Virus record (IMG/VR): IMGVR_UViG_2841770359_000005
Span: 804-64,803 of that record
Length of the DNA: 64,000 nucleotides
DNA from: a virus
Lineage: Duplodnaviria > Caudoviricetes
Strand: one strand, 5' to 3'
In this document: positions 45,892-56,921 of the stretch, piece after piece
How positions within the stretch are numbered: position 1 is the first letter of the stretch
Layout: the number at the start of each line of letters is the position of its first letter
Made by a program: the position numbers and the translations under genes
The notes under the pieces: model-generated
The model's input: the letters and a program-made list of their open reading frames with translations, nothing else
Told to the model about the DNA's origin: nothing
Database searches by the model: none

Positions 45892-46389
45892 TTACCGTGC
45901 CTCCTTCCATTCTTCAAAATTCCCGCCGTTTATATCAAATTCAGTTTCATAAATGATATTGCTACCGGAAAACAGTCGGATTTTATTTCCTGCAATAGCG
46001 ATGCCGTCAGCCTTTCCATCAAGCTTTGTTATAACCTGCTCATACACACCCGGGGTAGGAACCTGTGTTTCGTATCCCTCTCCATAACCAGATGGGCTGA
46101 TTTCCATCGGTGCCTCATTTGCTGTTACTAATTTGCCACAACATACTGATACATAACCAATCCCCTTCCTATCTAAAAATTCCCACGGAACATAACATTC
46201 ATCATGATCCATGAGGATGAGTTTTCTTTTATCAGCTCTGCGGAATATAGCTGTCTTCGAGCCGGACCATTCATCTGTCATGAATTCAAAACGTGCCCTG
46301 AGATAATCATGGCTATTTGCAACTACCGTAAATTTATCCGTTCTGCTTATTTTCTGGTTTTCCACTCGGAATGTTATTACCGGTTCCAT
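45892..46389 (-). CDS. Baseplate upper (BppU-like) / fibre adaptor protein
   Basis: F.F...W....TAIF, C.VPWE and PTPGVYEQ motifs. Confidence 0.6.
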   Translation of the reverse strand: MEPVITFRVENQKISRTDKFTVVANSHDYLRARFEFMTDEWSGSKTAIFRRADKRKLILMDHDECYVPWEFLDRKGIGYVSVCCGKLVTANEAPMEISPSGYGEGYETQVPTPGVYEQVITKLDGKADGIAIAGNKIRLFSGSNIIYETEFDINGGNFEEWKEAR

Positions 46390-46630
46390 CCTTCACCACC
46401 TCATTTCCCAATAATCCATTTGCTTCCATATATTTAATTGCATAGTCCTTATTGTTATTCTTCAATAGTTTATTTTCAACGCTATCCAATATGTACGGTA
46501 ACAATTCCATCGGTACATTATTGCTCCTCATAAGGGAAATGGCATGACTGGATATTTCGTTTTGGATAATATCCATCATCATTCCAATAGGTACCACTAC
46601 CGGCTTTTTATTCAGTTCTTTTTCTTCCAT
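46334..46630 (-). CDS. Hypothetical tail-region protein
   Basis: 98-aa coupled ORF. Confidence 0.6.
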   Translation of the reverse strand: MEEKELNKKPVVVPIGMMMDIIQNEISSHAISLMRSNNVPMELLPYILDSVENKLLKNNNKDYAIKYMEANGLLGNEVVKDGTGNNIPSGKPENKQNG

Positions 46631-49600
46631 TACATATCCTTCCTGATAATCATTTCTTCTGGTTCCACATCTTCATAAATCGGAGGTTTTGCCAGTTCTA
46701 CGGCAGCCATTTTTTCTTCTGTTGTATATTCATATACGGCAACATCTTCCTCTAGCCTCATAAGATTTACTGGCATTACTACTGCATACAGCTCCTGTAT
46801 CGCTTTGATCAAGTACGGTATTAGTCCGACATAATTAACTCCAAGCAATCCGTTGTCGTCTTCACTGACCAATTCTGGAATAATTTGTCGGAGTTGCTGT
46901 GCAATAATTCCAGCACCAACATGTTTTCCATTGGTCAGCCAATCGAAAGATTTAATCTCAATGCTGTTAATTACGCTTAACATGTCTTCCGTGTCTGTTA
47001 TATTGTCTTTTAACCTGGCATCAGACTGGTTCGTAATACTGTTACCGTGCATGTTCAGGTCGGTGTAAAGATGTGAGCCAGATGGTGTAGCGCTAAGATA
47101 GGTGGCGTTATTGTCACGTTTGGTCACCGAAAAATTATCAGTCATGAATCCAGATGCGATTGACCACGACTTTAGGATCCCGCCACTACCCAACATGATA
47201 TTATAACCACGAGTATCTAACTTTGTTCCCAAATTCAGATAACCGGCAGCATAGTTATCAAGGTCTTTATTTGAATATAAGAGTTTGGCTGTATACGCCG
47301 TAGCCCCTTCGTTCATGGAAGCCCATGCCATATAAGTACCCCCGGGTTCCAAGTCAAATACAAGACCGGTATACTCTTCGCTTATCACATGTCTGTTTGC
47401 GCCTATGGAGCCTACTTCCGTACCCCTGTAAAAGACGTGTATTTTCCCACCATTGATTTTGGCGGTGGCTGTATCTGTTCTTGTTGTGAAGGAGCCGTTT
47501 TCTATGACAATTCCGTCGCTCCCGAATCGTCCTATTTCCTGATCTGATTTATCTCTTACCTGTAAAAGCCCATTAGTATCATTGAGTCCGCCAAGGACCA
47601 ATGTTCCCCCTCTTGCATAGGTCATATTTATATAGACTTTACCGTCTTTCAGGTATATTCCCTGATCCTCTCCGTTATTTGTCAGAGTATCAAAGATTAT
47701 CTCCTGTGTAAGATTTGATACATCAACCACTATGGATACTGTTTGCTGGTCCATTTCAGTTTGTGTGCCACCCGCCGCATATAAAACACACTTCAAAGCA
47801 GTAGCTGTAGCTGTAGGCACATATCCCTTGCTAGTTTCGTCTGTTTCAGATGTATATCTGGTTTCCCATGTTTCTCCGTCTATACTTTCGGAAACTACGA
47901 ATCGGCCATAATACGGCGTTCTTTCAGAGCTATCCCCATCACGATAATATGCGCTGAAAGTAACGGATGTAGGTGATATACGTCCATCTTGGCCTCTTTT
48001 AATAATCACGGTTGATGCATTAATAAAATATGTTCTTCCGGCAACTCCCGGTTCGCCTTTGTCGCCCTCAATCTTTTTCCATGTATAAGTAGAAAATACA
48101 GAAGAATCAGCTTCAGTAAAATCCACATAAGTGCCCATCCAGGCTCCAGGTGTCTCTCCATTGTTCGCTGTAAATGTTTTTCCATCATTGGAGTATTTGA
48201 TATGCAAGTACGGTGTCAGCCCATCTTCACCTTTCGTCCCCGGCGTTCCTTTTTCTCCCTGCGGCCCTTGTGCGCCGTCATCTCCAAGTATCTTTGCCCA
48301 TACATAGCTCGTATAAGAGCTGGGGGCTGTATTGGTTTCTGTGATCGCTGTGCCCATGTAAACAGCTCCATTAGGACTTGTGGTCATTGGATTCCCATTT
48401 GCATTTTTAGAAAATCTCACAAAAAAATAAGACGATTTCCCAGAAGGACCAACAGGCCCTTGAATGCCCTGTTCTCCTTTATCGCCCTTATCGCCTTTTA
48501 TCAGAGACCACATATAATCTGCCGGATTATTACTTTCTGCCGCTGTAGCTTTGTTGTATGCAAGCCCGATATATGCTTTCCCTTCTGGGCTATCACTCAT
48601 TCCGCTGCCTGAACTGTTATCAGCATATTTCACCCATGTGTAATATGTCTTCCCATCTGCCCCTTTAGGGCCAGATATCCCCGTGTCTCCTTTCTCGCCT
48701 TTAACAAGGGACCATGTGTAATCAGCATAATTATTACTCTCTGTTGCGGTCTCCTTATTATAAGCCAGTCCAATGTAAGCTTTACCTGTAGGCGAATCAC
48801 TCATGCCGCTTGAAGGAGTGTCTGCGTACTTCAGCCAGGTATAATACTGTTTTCCGTCTGTTCCTTTCGGCCCCTGTACACCCTGCGGCCCTTGAACTTT
48901 GACCCAGGCGTAATCTGAAAACACCAAACTATCGGCCTGAGTAAAGTCTACATATTGCCCCATCCATTTGCCCGGAGTTTCACCGGCATTGCCAGTAAAT
49001 GTGCTACCGTCATCAGAATACTTGATATGCAGATAGGAAGTCTTTCCGTCTATACCATTTTTACCGGGGATTCCGTTCGCCCCGTCTTTTCCATCGGCGC
49101 CTTCTATTTTCACCCAGTTATATACCGCCGGTTCCCTTGAATCTGTTGCTGAAAAATCAACGTAAGTTCCGATATAGGCATCCGGTTCCTTTGTCATCTG
49201 GGATGCTGTAGGATTATCAATCGGAGCATACATGACATGGAAATAGCTTGTTCTTCCGTCTGTACCGTCCCCGCCATCTTTCCCCGGGATTCCCTGGGGG
49301 CCTTGCTCCCCTTGTCTACCCTGTTTATTCTTTGAGATACTAAACCGCTTTGTGGCGGTTATTTCCATGTATTTAACTGTAAAATCGACATATCCGGTGT
49401 CCGTTGTCATGTTTGTTACGCTATACTTTCTGGTATCAACGTTCCATGTACCAACAACACCAGCACTCTTTGATACAGTAATAGGTATATCGGCAGATAT
49501 ATCCGTCTGCCCCCATAACACATATACCGTAGTGTCACACCCTGTATACTTCCCGTTATTACCGTCGGAGTCCGTAGGAACTACATGAGCATCGTTTTCA

Positions 49601-51336
49601 AGCTGGATATTTAATGCCCTCATTTTCTCTGCTTCCTGCAGAGCTTTGTTTGCTGCGATATTTGCTTCCTCGATTGCCTTTGTTACCGACTTGCCGCCGA
49701 TACGGACAGAGTCGCCAGATATTACAACCTCCTTTGTGTCCATATCTACCAGGAAAATCACATTCCCATCTTTATCTTTCACGGATATGCGGCCGGTATC
49801 AATCCATGAGGCATTTACTCCTATAGTAGTCAATATCCTTACAATCACGTCACCGTCAACCGTCATCCCACCATTCCATGTTTTACCACCATCCGTAGAT
49901 ACGCCCCAAGCCTCTGCATTCATTTTCCAGACAATATTTGAATCTGCAAGCTTTGGCCTGTCATGCATGTAAAAGATTTTGCCACCAGACTCCGCTGTCT
50001 CTACCGTTGTATAAAGCCCAGAGGACGAAGCCAATCGGTTGCTTAACTCTTCCAGGGCCTTCTCTCGTTCTGTCCTCTCCTTGCGGATCTGTTTCCTTAA
50101 TTCTACATATGCCTGTGTTGCCGCCGAATATCTTGTGGCTTTATTTCTGGCCGGTGTCTGCGCGTCGCAAGTTACTGTCTGATAATTTCCGGAAGAGAAA
50201 ACCGTATTTGTTACCAGAAACTTATATGTCTTACATTTCCGGTCAGTGAAGAAACCCACGTCACCCGCTTCTACTGTCGGATCACTCAGACATGAAAAAG
50301 AAAGAGGCCTGAAGCGCAGCCCAATCAATCGACTTCTTAAGTACGACGCAACCTCCTGGCCTCTCCCCGGCGGTATAAACCTGTTTTCTTCTATTGACAG
50401 CACATATCCTTCTGTCCCCGTGAGATATGGTATGATCTCATCCTTATCAGCATCCGGTGAATACTCTTTTACTGCAACGCCTGTAATAATAACATCGTCT
50501 GTGGATATCTCAGGGTTTGTATAAGATATAAAGTGATGGGTTGAAAGGAAATCTTGGAATGTCCCGCCATTGTACGAATCTCCTTGGCTCCACGGATTGA
50601 ATTTACCGCCATCCGCAGCGTCTCCCGTTTCGTATTTAGGCGTGCCGGGATCAAAGGTACCTCCTTCAAGATTGTCTTCCAGGATGCTTGTCTGGAACCA
50701 TTTAATTTCCAGTTTCCCCTCAGCATTACACCGGGCGAAACAACCGGAAATCTGTGCGCACCAATTAAGCACCTGCCGGAAAGTCAGGGCTTCGTCGGAT
50801 GGCCTTTCCTGGACGGTATATGTGTGGTTTGGAAACTCGAATGTGTTCAGTGCTACCCCGCATACTGTACACACATCTCTGACTATGGTCCCTATGGTGG
50901 CCGGGTACACTAATTTACTTTCTTTGTACGACTTATCAAGCTTTGACATGTTGTCCAGACATTCAAGCGTGATCAGAGAACCGTTATATGATGTTTCGTC
51001 TACAGTATATTCTCCCTTTTTCACATACTCTTCTGTTTCATCCGGCAGGATGAGGCCAACGCGGACATTTTTTACTACGGCGTCTGTGAAATCATACTCC
51101 GTATACTCATCATATATATTATTTAAGGTAAATGTTAATTTATTTGTGATAACCGCACCGATATCAAATTTTCCCGGATTAGAAACAGCATCATCTATTT
51201 TAAAACTATCCGACCATAGATTTGTATTGTCTACATATAATTCTGTATTATCAGATAGAAGAATTTTACACTCTATAATATAATCTCTATTATCATTATT
51301 AAGCTCTTTGATAAAATCCACTGATACTTTCTGCAT
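46630..51336 (-). CDS. Tail tip/host-specificity protein with collagen-like repeats and C-terminal S74 intramolecular chaperone
   Basis: GxxGxxG runs alternating with Y.H.KY.D units; SDARLKDNI...GIIAQ. Confidence 0.85.
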   Translation of the reverse strand: MQKVSVDFIKELNNDNRDYIIECKILLSDNTELYVDNTNLWSDSFKIDDAVSNPGKFDIGAVITNKLTFTLNNIYDEYTEYDFTDAVVKNVRVGLILPDETEEYVKKGEYTVDETSYNGSLITLECLDNMSKLDKSYKESKLVYPATIGTIVRDVCTVCGVALNTFEFPNHTYTVQERPSDEALTFRQVLNWCAQISGCFARCNAEGKLEIKWFQTSILEDNLEGGTFDPGTPKYETGDAADGGKFNPWSQGDSYNGGTFQDFLSTHHFISYTNPEISTDDVIITGVAVKEYSPDADKDEIIPYLTGTEGYVLSIEENRFIPPGRGQEVASYLRSRLIGLRFRPLSFSCLSDPTVEAGDVGFFTDRKCKTYKFLVTNTVFSSGNYQTVTCDAQTPARNKATRYSAATQAYVELRKQIRKERTEREKALEELSNRLASSSGLYTTVETAESGGKIFYMHDRPKLADSNIVWKMNAEAWGVSTDGGKTWNGGMTVDGDVIVRILTTIGVNASWIDTGRISVKDKDGNVIFLVDMDTKEVVISGDSVRIGGKSVTKAIEEANIAANKALQEAEKMRALNIQLENDAHVVPTDSDGNNGKYTGCDTTVYVLWGQTDISADIPITVSKSAGVVGTWNVDTRKYSVTNMTTDTGYVDFTVKYMEITATKRFSISKNKQGRQGEQGPQGIPGKDGGDGTDGRTSYFHVMYAPIDNPTASQMTKEPDAYIGTYVDFSATDSREPAVYNWVKIEGADGKDGANGIPGKNGIDGKTSYLHIKYSDDGSTFTGNAGETPGKWMGQYVDFTQADSLVFSDYAWVKVQGPQGVQGPKGTDGKQYYTWLKYADTPSSGMSDSPTGKAYIGLAYNKETATESNNYADYTWSLVKGEKGDTGISGPKGADGKTYYTWVKYADNSSGSGMSDSPEGKAYIGLAYNKATAAESNNPADYMWSLIKGDKGDKGEQGIQGPVGPSGKSSYFFVRFSKNANGNPMTTSPNGAVYMGTAITETNTAPSSYTSYVWAKILGDDGAQGPQGEKGTPGTKGEDGLTPYLHIKYSNDGKTFTANNGETPGAWMGTYVDFTEADSSVFSTYTWKKIEGDKGEPGVAGRTYFINASTVIIKRGQDGRISPTSVTFSAYYRDGDSSERTPYYGRFVVSESIDGETWETRYTSETDETSKGYVPTATATALKCVLYAAGGTQTEMDQQTVSIVVDVSNLTQEIIFDTLTNNGEDQGIYLKDGKVYINMTYARGGTLVLGGLNDTNGLLQVRDKSDQEIGRFGSDGIVIENGSFTTRTDTATAKINGGKIHVFYRGTEVGSIGANRHVISEEYTGLVFDLEPGGTYMAWASMNEGATAYTAKLLYSNKDLDNYAAGYLNLGTKLDTRGYNIMLGSGGILKSWSIASGFMTDNFSVTKRDNNATYLSATPSGSHLYTDLNMHGNSITNQSDARLKDNITDTEDMLSVINSIEIKSFDWLTNGKHVGAGIIAQQLRQIIPELVSEDDNGLLGVNYVGLIPYLIKAIQELYAVVMPVNLMRLEEDVAVYEYTTEEKMAAVELAKPPIYEDVEPEEMIIRKDM

Positions 51337-51340
51337 TTTT

Positions 51341-51700
51341 TTACCTCTCTATTATGTCGAAGCTCAAAGTAGAATATCTTTCTCTACCTTTTGCCCACCA
51401 TTTTACATCAGCTTGCATATCTCCTGTGTAGAATGTTTTTGTAACATCTCCACCATCGAGCGGGTCCCAATACGTCACGTTGACATATTCGGGGTCAAAT
51501 GCCACAAGTATTTCATGTATTTCTATTTTAGTAAGACAGGACCATGTAAGCGATAACGCTCTTTTCTTTGCTACTCTATTTTTATGCATGACAGCATCGT
51601 CTGTTCTCCCTGCCTGGCTTGAACTTACATCTTGCTTCTTCCATTTAAAACCGGAAGGGCATTTGAATGCCCGTCCGTCAACTAAAATCAGCTCATCCAT
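51341..51700 (-). CDS. Distal tail protein (DUF6711-like)
   Basis: AGRTDD..M...KR.L.L.W and FYTGD motifs. Confidence 0.75.
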   Translation of the reverse strand: MDELILVDGRAFKCPSGFKWKKQDVSSSQAGRTDDAVMHKNRVAKKRALSLTWSCLTKIEIHEILVAFDPEYVNVTYWDPLDGGDVTKTFYTGDMQADVKWWAKGRERYSTLSFDIIER

Positions 51701-51709
51701 ATGCCCCTC

Positions 51710-54700
51710 CTATACTGTATCAAGTACCATAAATCTTCCATTATATTTCTCTTCACCTTTTTTCAGTGAACGATATAGAGTTTCTTCCCCGCATTTCATC
51801 GTAAATTCAATATATACAGGGTTATCAGTATCAGATTTCCCCAAGAATCCAGATGCGTTAAAAGCATCCATTACAGCCTTAAACACTCCCGATTCAATAC
51901 CTTCAACAATCTGTCCATTATTCGCTACTGCTGACCGGCTTCCCATTTTACCAACTAACTCTGGTCCGTTTTCCCTTGCAATAAACATCTCTCCCATACC
52001 AGGGAATCCACCATTGGCATACCAACTGAGATTAAACTTCGGTGTAGAAAAACTCATACCACCAATGGAGTGTTTCCTCCATGTAGTGCTAATATGTGGC
52101 ATTGGTATATGGATAGACGAAAACCCATTTGCAAATGATGATATAGCGTTTTTGCCTATGTCATACAGGCCACCAAGCCCAGAAGAAATAAGCTGAGGGA
52201 TGCTGGACACAGAACGCTGAAGTAAATTTTTACTTGATTCAAATCCGCTATTTATTCCGGTTATTACGTCTGAGCCTTTACTTTTAACCCTGGACGCCAC
52301 GTTGCCAATAGACGAAAATACATTGTCTTTGAGTGTCGCTACTTTTGATAGCAGCCCGCTCTGTTTGCTATTCTCATATCCATTTTTAACACCCTCTATG
52401 ATGTCCTTACCTTTGTTCGTGACAGCGGATTTGATATTGCCTATTTTGGTATTCACATATCCACCAATCTTTGACACTACATTACCAAGTGACATATCCT
52501 TGACGGATTCCCACCCGTTCTTGATGCCCTCTATTGCTGCAGAACCTTTCTCTTTGACCCATGCCTTAGCATCTCCTGCTTTGTCTTTCACATACTTGCC
52601 AACAGCACTCACCGTCTTACCAAGCTTTGATTCCTTCACAGACTCCCAGCCATTCTTTAATCCCTCGATTGCGTCTTTACCTTTCTGCTTCAGCCACTCT
52701 TTCGCATTGCCAAGAGCTTCCTTGATCTTGCCTGGAAGGTCCTTAAACCATGCTATAACGCTCGTAACACTATCTGCAAGACCGCCGAGCATACCTGCCA
52801 TCAATTGTGACCCGATATCTGCAAACACTTTACTCGGGCTATGGATACCAAATAACTCCTTCACCTTGTTGACGATAGGGTCAACCAAATTTTCCTTCAG
52901 CCACTTGCCTATCTCTTTTACTCCACTCAGTATACCTTCCAGGAGTCCCTGTACAATCGCTAGTCCTAACTCGCCTATCTTCTCGAGTATGCTTCCCCAG
53001 TCTGTCTTTGTAAAGAAGTCCAAAACAGCCTTTATAATCGTCTTGCCGAGTTCCTTCCAGTTAATACCCTGTACAAGCCCGATTAGGAAGTCTAAAATGC
53101 CCTTTACGGCATCTGAAAGGGTCTTCCATACGTCCTCCCACTTGATTCCAGTGATTGCATTGCTTACACCTGTTGCGATCTCTTTACCGAGTGTCTTCCA
53201 GTCGAATGTCTTGATGAACTTCTTGAGCATTGACAGTGCAGAGTTTACAACCTCAGCCAAGCCATCACCGATGGATGGTAGGTCTATTTCCTTCACTGCT
53301 GTGTTCAGTCCATTAGCCAGGTCTTTTGCAAGCTTATTCAATTTAGTCTTCTTAACTGTCTCTCTTATCGTGGACACTACGCCTGATACTGCCCTTCCAA
53401 GTGATGTACCAGCTTTCTTGAAGTCTGCGGCTTTGATAGCTCCATTCAGCATATCACCTATGGACTGACCTAGCTCTTTCCACTTGAACTCCGTTACTGC
53501 TGTGTAGAAGAACTCAAGCTTCGCATTGAAATACTCTGTGATGGTCTTACCTATTTTCTCCCACTCTGCATTAGCAATGAATTTGTTGAGTGCATCTATC
53601 AATCCGGATGCCACGTTGTGTACCGTTTCTTTGATAAGGCCCCAATCAAGCTTATTAATTGCACCATTTATACCATTGCTTACAGCGATACCAAGAGATC
53701 CCCAGTGGAAGTTTTTAGCGAATGTGTTTGCCGCTTCAAATACTGTGTTCACACCTTTTGATAATGCGGCACCTACCAGCTTCCAATCTACTGCCTCTAT
53801 GAAGCCGTTTAAGAACGTTGCAACGCTTTTAGCGACCTTATTCAGCGTGTTCCTTATATTGTCCCACGGTATGCTTTCTAATGCCTTATTCAGCTTGTTC
53901 CCAACGATTTTGCCTATCTCCGTGAAGTCCGCGTTACGCCATGCCTCTTTAACCTTATTGGCAAAATCACTAATGCTATTGAGGATAGGAACTTCCTCGA
54001 ACATATCAGCGGGTGTAAGCCCTGCCAGATCCTCTGCCTCCGTATCATTTGAACCTGACTGGTCATCGAGCTTATTAATCTGATCAAATCCAAGTAGTGT
54101 CTTCTGTAGCTTCTGGTTCTCTTTGTTTGCCTTCTTAGCCTGGTCTGCATTATTATTCAGACTTGCGGTGTAATCCTGGTTGACTTTCTTCGCTGCTGTG
54201 AATGTCTTTTGCCCTGTTAATGATGCAAATAACATTCCAAGGGCAGAAACGGCCTGTATGACCTTCTGGATCAGCGCATTCAGCAGTGGTGCGACCGCAT
54301 TTAAGATAGGGGCAAATGCCGTTGCAAGAGCATTCTTGAGCTGTGTAAGAGATGACATTAGCAAAGACAGACTTGCATTTGTCTGACTACTGTACTGTGC
54401 CAGGTTCTGCATCCCTTCTTTAGCTCCATTCAAAGCTCCACGGATTATAAAAGACGCAAACATGAATCTTGCTGTCATGCCCAGTGTCCTGAATATACCA
54501 CCCATACGCCGGCCGGTCTGACCAGTTCTCTTCATGGAATTGTTCAGTCGGTTAATATGAGGTACGCCTGTTGCAAATTTTTGTATGAGAGCAGCAAAAG
54601 CGCCACCCGTCTTTTTTATTACAGGTGTTATCTTTGATAGCACAGAACGAAAACCGCTGAAAATCTTTGCCATTCCACCCCAGCCTTTAGAGCCAATAGC

Positions 54701-55240
54701 TTTGAATAAATTTCCGAACTGCTTTGGAATAGAAACGGTTCTCTCAATATCTCCGCCTGAACTTATCATGCTATCACGCCGCTTTTGGTATCTCGACAAA
54801 GTTCCAAGTGCTTTCTCTATGTCATACTCGACAGATTTCCATGCACGGCTCTCTTTATCTGTACCGAGGCTCTCCATTTTGGCTAATTTTGCATAATACT
54901 TTTCCAACGCGACTTCTGTCTTTTCTATACTGTTTTCAACTTCTTGGAACTCATCAGTATATTTCTTAATGTTTGAATTTAACTGGAATTCTTTTGTTTT
55001 CCCTTTAATACCGCTGGTCATAGCAGACGTAGCTTTTTTGATGCCTGCCTGCATTTCCTTAATCTTTTTCATCGCCCCAGAGCCACCAAATCCTGCCAAT
55101 GGATTCTTAAACTTTTTCAAATCCTTGTCCATTGATTCAGTCGCATTCTTTGTCACAGACTTGGCTTCATTCAAAACTTTCTTATAAGGTTCTGCCGTTC
55201 CTCTGATTTCAACTTTTAATGTTTCCAGCACATCTCCCAC
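51710..55240 (-). CDS. Tape measure protein
   Basis: 1176 aa, periodic DW..LG repeats, IHSPS, WYANGG. Confidence 0.9.
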   Translation of the reverse strand: MGDVLETLKVEIRGTAEPYKKVLNEAKSVTKNATESMDKDLKKFKNPLAGFGGSGAMKKIKEMQAGIKKATSAMTSGIKGKTKEFQLNSNIKKYTDEFQEVENSIEKTEVALEKYYAKLAKMESLGTDKESRAWKSVEYDIEKALGTLSRYQKRRDSMISSGGDIERTVSIPKQFGNLFKAIGSKGWGGMAKIFSGFRSVLSKITPVIKKTGGAFAALIQKFATGVPHINRLNNSMKRTGQTGRRMGGIFRTLGMTARFMFASFIIRGALNGAKEGMQNLAQYSSQTNASLSLLMSSLTQLKNALATAFAPILNAVAPLLNALIQKVIQAVSALGMLFASLTGQKTFTAAKKVNQDYTASLNNNADQAKKANKENQKLQKTLLGFDQINKLDDQSGSNDTEAEDLAGLTPADMFEEVPILNSISDFANKVKEAWRNADFTEIGKIVGNKLNKALESIPWDNIRNTLNKVAKSVATFLNGFIEAVDWKLVGAALSKGVNTVFEAANTFAKNFHWGSLGIAVSNGINGAINKLDWGLIKETVHNVASGLIDALNKFIANAEWEKIGKTITEYFNAKLEFFYTAVTEFKWKELGQSIGDMLNGAIKAADFKKAGTSLGRAVSGVVSTIRETVKKTKLNKLAKDLANGLNTAVKEIDLPSIGDGLAEVVNSALSMLKKFIKTFDWKTLGKEIATGVSNAITGIKWEDVWKTLSDAVKGILDFLIGLVQGINWKELGKTIIKAVLDFFTKTDWGSILEKIGELGLAIVQGLLEGILSGVKEIGKWLKENLVDPIVNKVKELFGIHSPSKVFADIGSQLMAGMLGGLADSVTSVIAWFKDLPGKIKEALGNAKEWLKQKGKDAIEGLKNGWESVKESKLGKTVSAVGKYVKDKAGDAKAWVKEKGSAAIEGIKNGWESVKDMSLGNVVSKIGGYVNTKIGNIKSAVTNKGKDIIEGVKNGYENSKQSGLLSKVATLKDNVFSSIGNVASRVKSKGSDVITGINSGFESSKNLLQRSVSSIPQLISSGLGGLYDIGKNAISSFANGFSSIHIPMPHISTTWRKHSIGGMSFSTPKFNLSWYANGGFPGMGEMFIARENGPELVGKMGSRSAVANNGQIVEGIESGVFKAVMDAFNASGFLGKSDTDNPVYIEFTMKCGEETLYRSLKKGEEKYNGRFMVLDTV

Positions 55241-55275
55241 ACTCTCACCTCCTTCCTGAAAAATAAAAAGCAGAG

Positions 55276-55713
55276 CTATCTACCCTGCCGCCTACGTCTG
55301 TTAAATTCTGCTACATATTGCCTACGCTTTTCTTTGTAATCTTCAAGCGCTTTCTGTTCCTTCTGCTTCTCATACCAGTTTTTCTCATCGGCAAACAGGC
55401 CAGGGTAATACTCCCACGGATGCGGGATATCCTGCTTTTCTTCCCTAAATATATATCTGGAATTGACTTCCGTCATAATGAAATCATGCTGTATCTTCCA
55501 TTTAATGTCATTCTTTTCTTTCCGATAATATTTTTCCATAAGATCATGAATTTCATATGGCGAATACTCCCAGAATTCTCTCGGTAGTATCTCGCAGTCA
55601 AGTGCTCGTTCATATAATTCCTGCAGGCCGTCAGTAATTGTTATTACAGCAGCTCGTCCACATCTTGCAGGCTCTTCATCATTGATTCCGCCTGCTTTTC
55701 GGTGAAAAAACCC
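55276..55713 (-). CDS. Tail assembly chaperone GT part (-1 frameshift product)
   Basis: -1 frame open from GGGTTTTTTC (55713-55704); P.EFW..S..EI motif. Confidence 0.65.
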   Translation of the reverse strand, partial: GFFHRKAGGINDEEPARCGRAAVITITDGLQELYERALDCEILPREFWEYSPYEIHDLMEKYYRKEKNDIKWKIQHDFIMTEVNSRYIFREEKQDIPHPWEYYPGLFADEKNWYEKQKEQKALEDYKEKRRQYVAEFNRRRRQGR

Positions 55714-56105
55714 GACACTGCCAGCGTAGGCATTACAACGCCTGTGTAAAATTCCATCTGATTGCCACCCTCTTCTGTCCAGCAATCATATAGACTCTTT
55801 ACGTCATCATAATCAATGCCGTGTTCCCACGGCGACATTGCCGCCTGAATCACTGTCAGCATAACAGACAATGGGGGGATTCCATCTCCTGCCACCAGGT
55901 TCAGAATATTCTGCCGATATTTGTTCTCCAACTTCTCAATCAATCTGGTAATAAGTTTCAGCTTATACTCTCTTTCTCCTACCTTCCAGTAGTGAAAAGG
56001 CCGTCTTTTGGGCTTTCTTTCCACAATGGCAACAACATTTTCTCCACGCTCTTCGTCTCTGATCTCCTGGTCCATATCTTCATCAATTCCGCCTAAATTT
56101 CCCAT
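55644..56105 (-). CDS. Tail assembly chaperone G
   Basis: Between MTP and TMP; SGFF slippery site. Confidence 0.8.
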   Translation of the reverse strand: MGNLGGIDEDMDQEIRDEERGENVVAIVERKPKRRPFHYWKVGEREYKLKLITRLIEKLENKYRQNILNLVAGDGIPPLSVMLTVIQAAMSPWEHGIDYDDVKSLYDCWTEEGGNQMEFYTGVVMPTLAVSGFFTEKQAESMMKSLQDVDELL

Positions 56106-56119
56106 GTTTTTCTACCTCC

Positions 56120-56545
56120 TTATGCTCCTGGCGTCACACCAGGGTCTGTATATTTCAAATCGCTCTGTACTATCATTGTCAAATCAAATTCAATGGCACC
56201 ATTTACTCCACCACCGGTGCGCTTCACTGTTACCTGGGCGTCATACTCTATGGTAGTGCCATCTATTGCCTTATCTTGGAACGTTAAGACTTCATGTGTC
56301 TCCTGGGCTTTCCGCATTACCCTATACGGTGAATCCGGTTTTGTGTTATTATATACGAATTTGTACGTCATTTCTGGAAGGTCACCAATGCCCATTTCGT
56401 ATACTTTATGCGCATCAGTCAGACAGGTGTTATCAACCTTCTCAGGCTCGACACCGATTTCAGGGATTTCCTTCAATCCGGGAAGGTCCGTAAACGTAGA
56501 GCCGTCTTTTTCCTTAAATCCAAGTTTTGCACCATTCGCTAACAT
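56120..56545 (-). CDS. Major tail tube protein
   Basis: MLANG.KL, PE.G.EPEKVD.T.L, GGGVN. Confidence 0.85.
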   Translation of the reverse strand: MLANGAKLGFKEKDGSTFTDLPGLKEIPEIGVEPEKVDNTCLTDAHKVYEMGIGDLPEMTYKFVYNNTKPDSPYRVMRKAQETHEVLTFQDKAIDGTTIEYDAQVTVKRTGGGVNGAIEFDLTMIVQSDLKYTDPGVTPGA

Positions 56546-56561
56546 CTTTCACTCTCCTTTT

Positions 56562-56921
56562 CTAATTCGGCCAATAGACATAGTCAGATTCTATGTCGAT
56601 GATAGCCTCATACCTCATAACTTTATGTTTCAATCCGGACGGATCCGGGGCATCCTGGCAGGCGGTACGGACAAGACCAAGAGCTGATAATGATTTGTCA
56701 GTATCCAACGCCGCCTGTGACGTGGACCGATTATGCCAGATATCTACCCGGTATCTTACATATGACTTGCACTCTCCTTCATTTGTGTGCTCATACACTT
56801 TGTTATCTTCCTCCGTGTACTGCACAGCGGGGAGTTCTGCCCAGTCTTTCGGGTACTGGTCGGTCACATTTTCAAATACAGCATCCAAAGCCGCAAACAC
56901 CTGGTCTTTTACATTTTTCAT
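56562..56921 (-). CDS. Tail terminator protein
   Basis: YP..W..LP..QY.E; synteny. Confidence 0.75.
   Translation of the reverse strand: MKNVKDQVFAALDAVFENVTDQYPKDWAELPAVQYTEEDNKVYEHTNEGECKSYVRYRVDIWHNRSTSQAALDTDKSLSALGLVRTACQDAPDPSGLKHKVMRYEAIIDIESDYVYWPN

Noticed and set aside
48050-49330. Repeats in the prophage-2 tail protein as an invertible or shuffling locus
   Set aside because: Direct in-frame collagen-associated repeats with no inverted sites or invertase; common in siphophage tail proteins.
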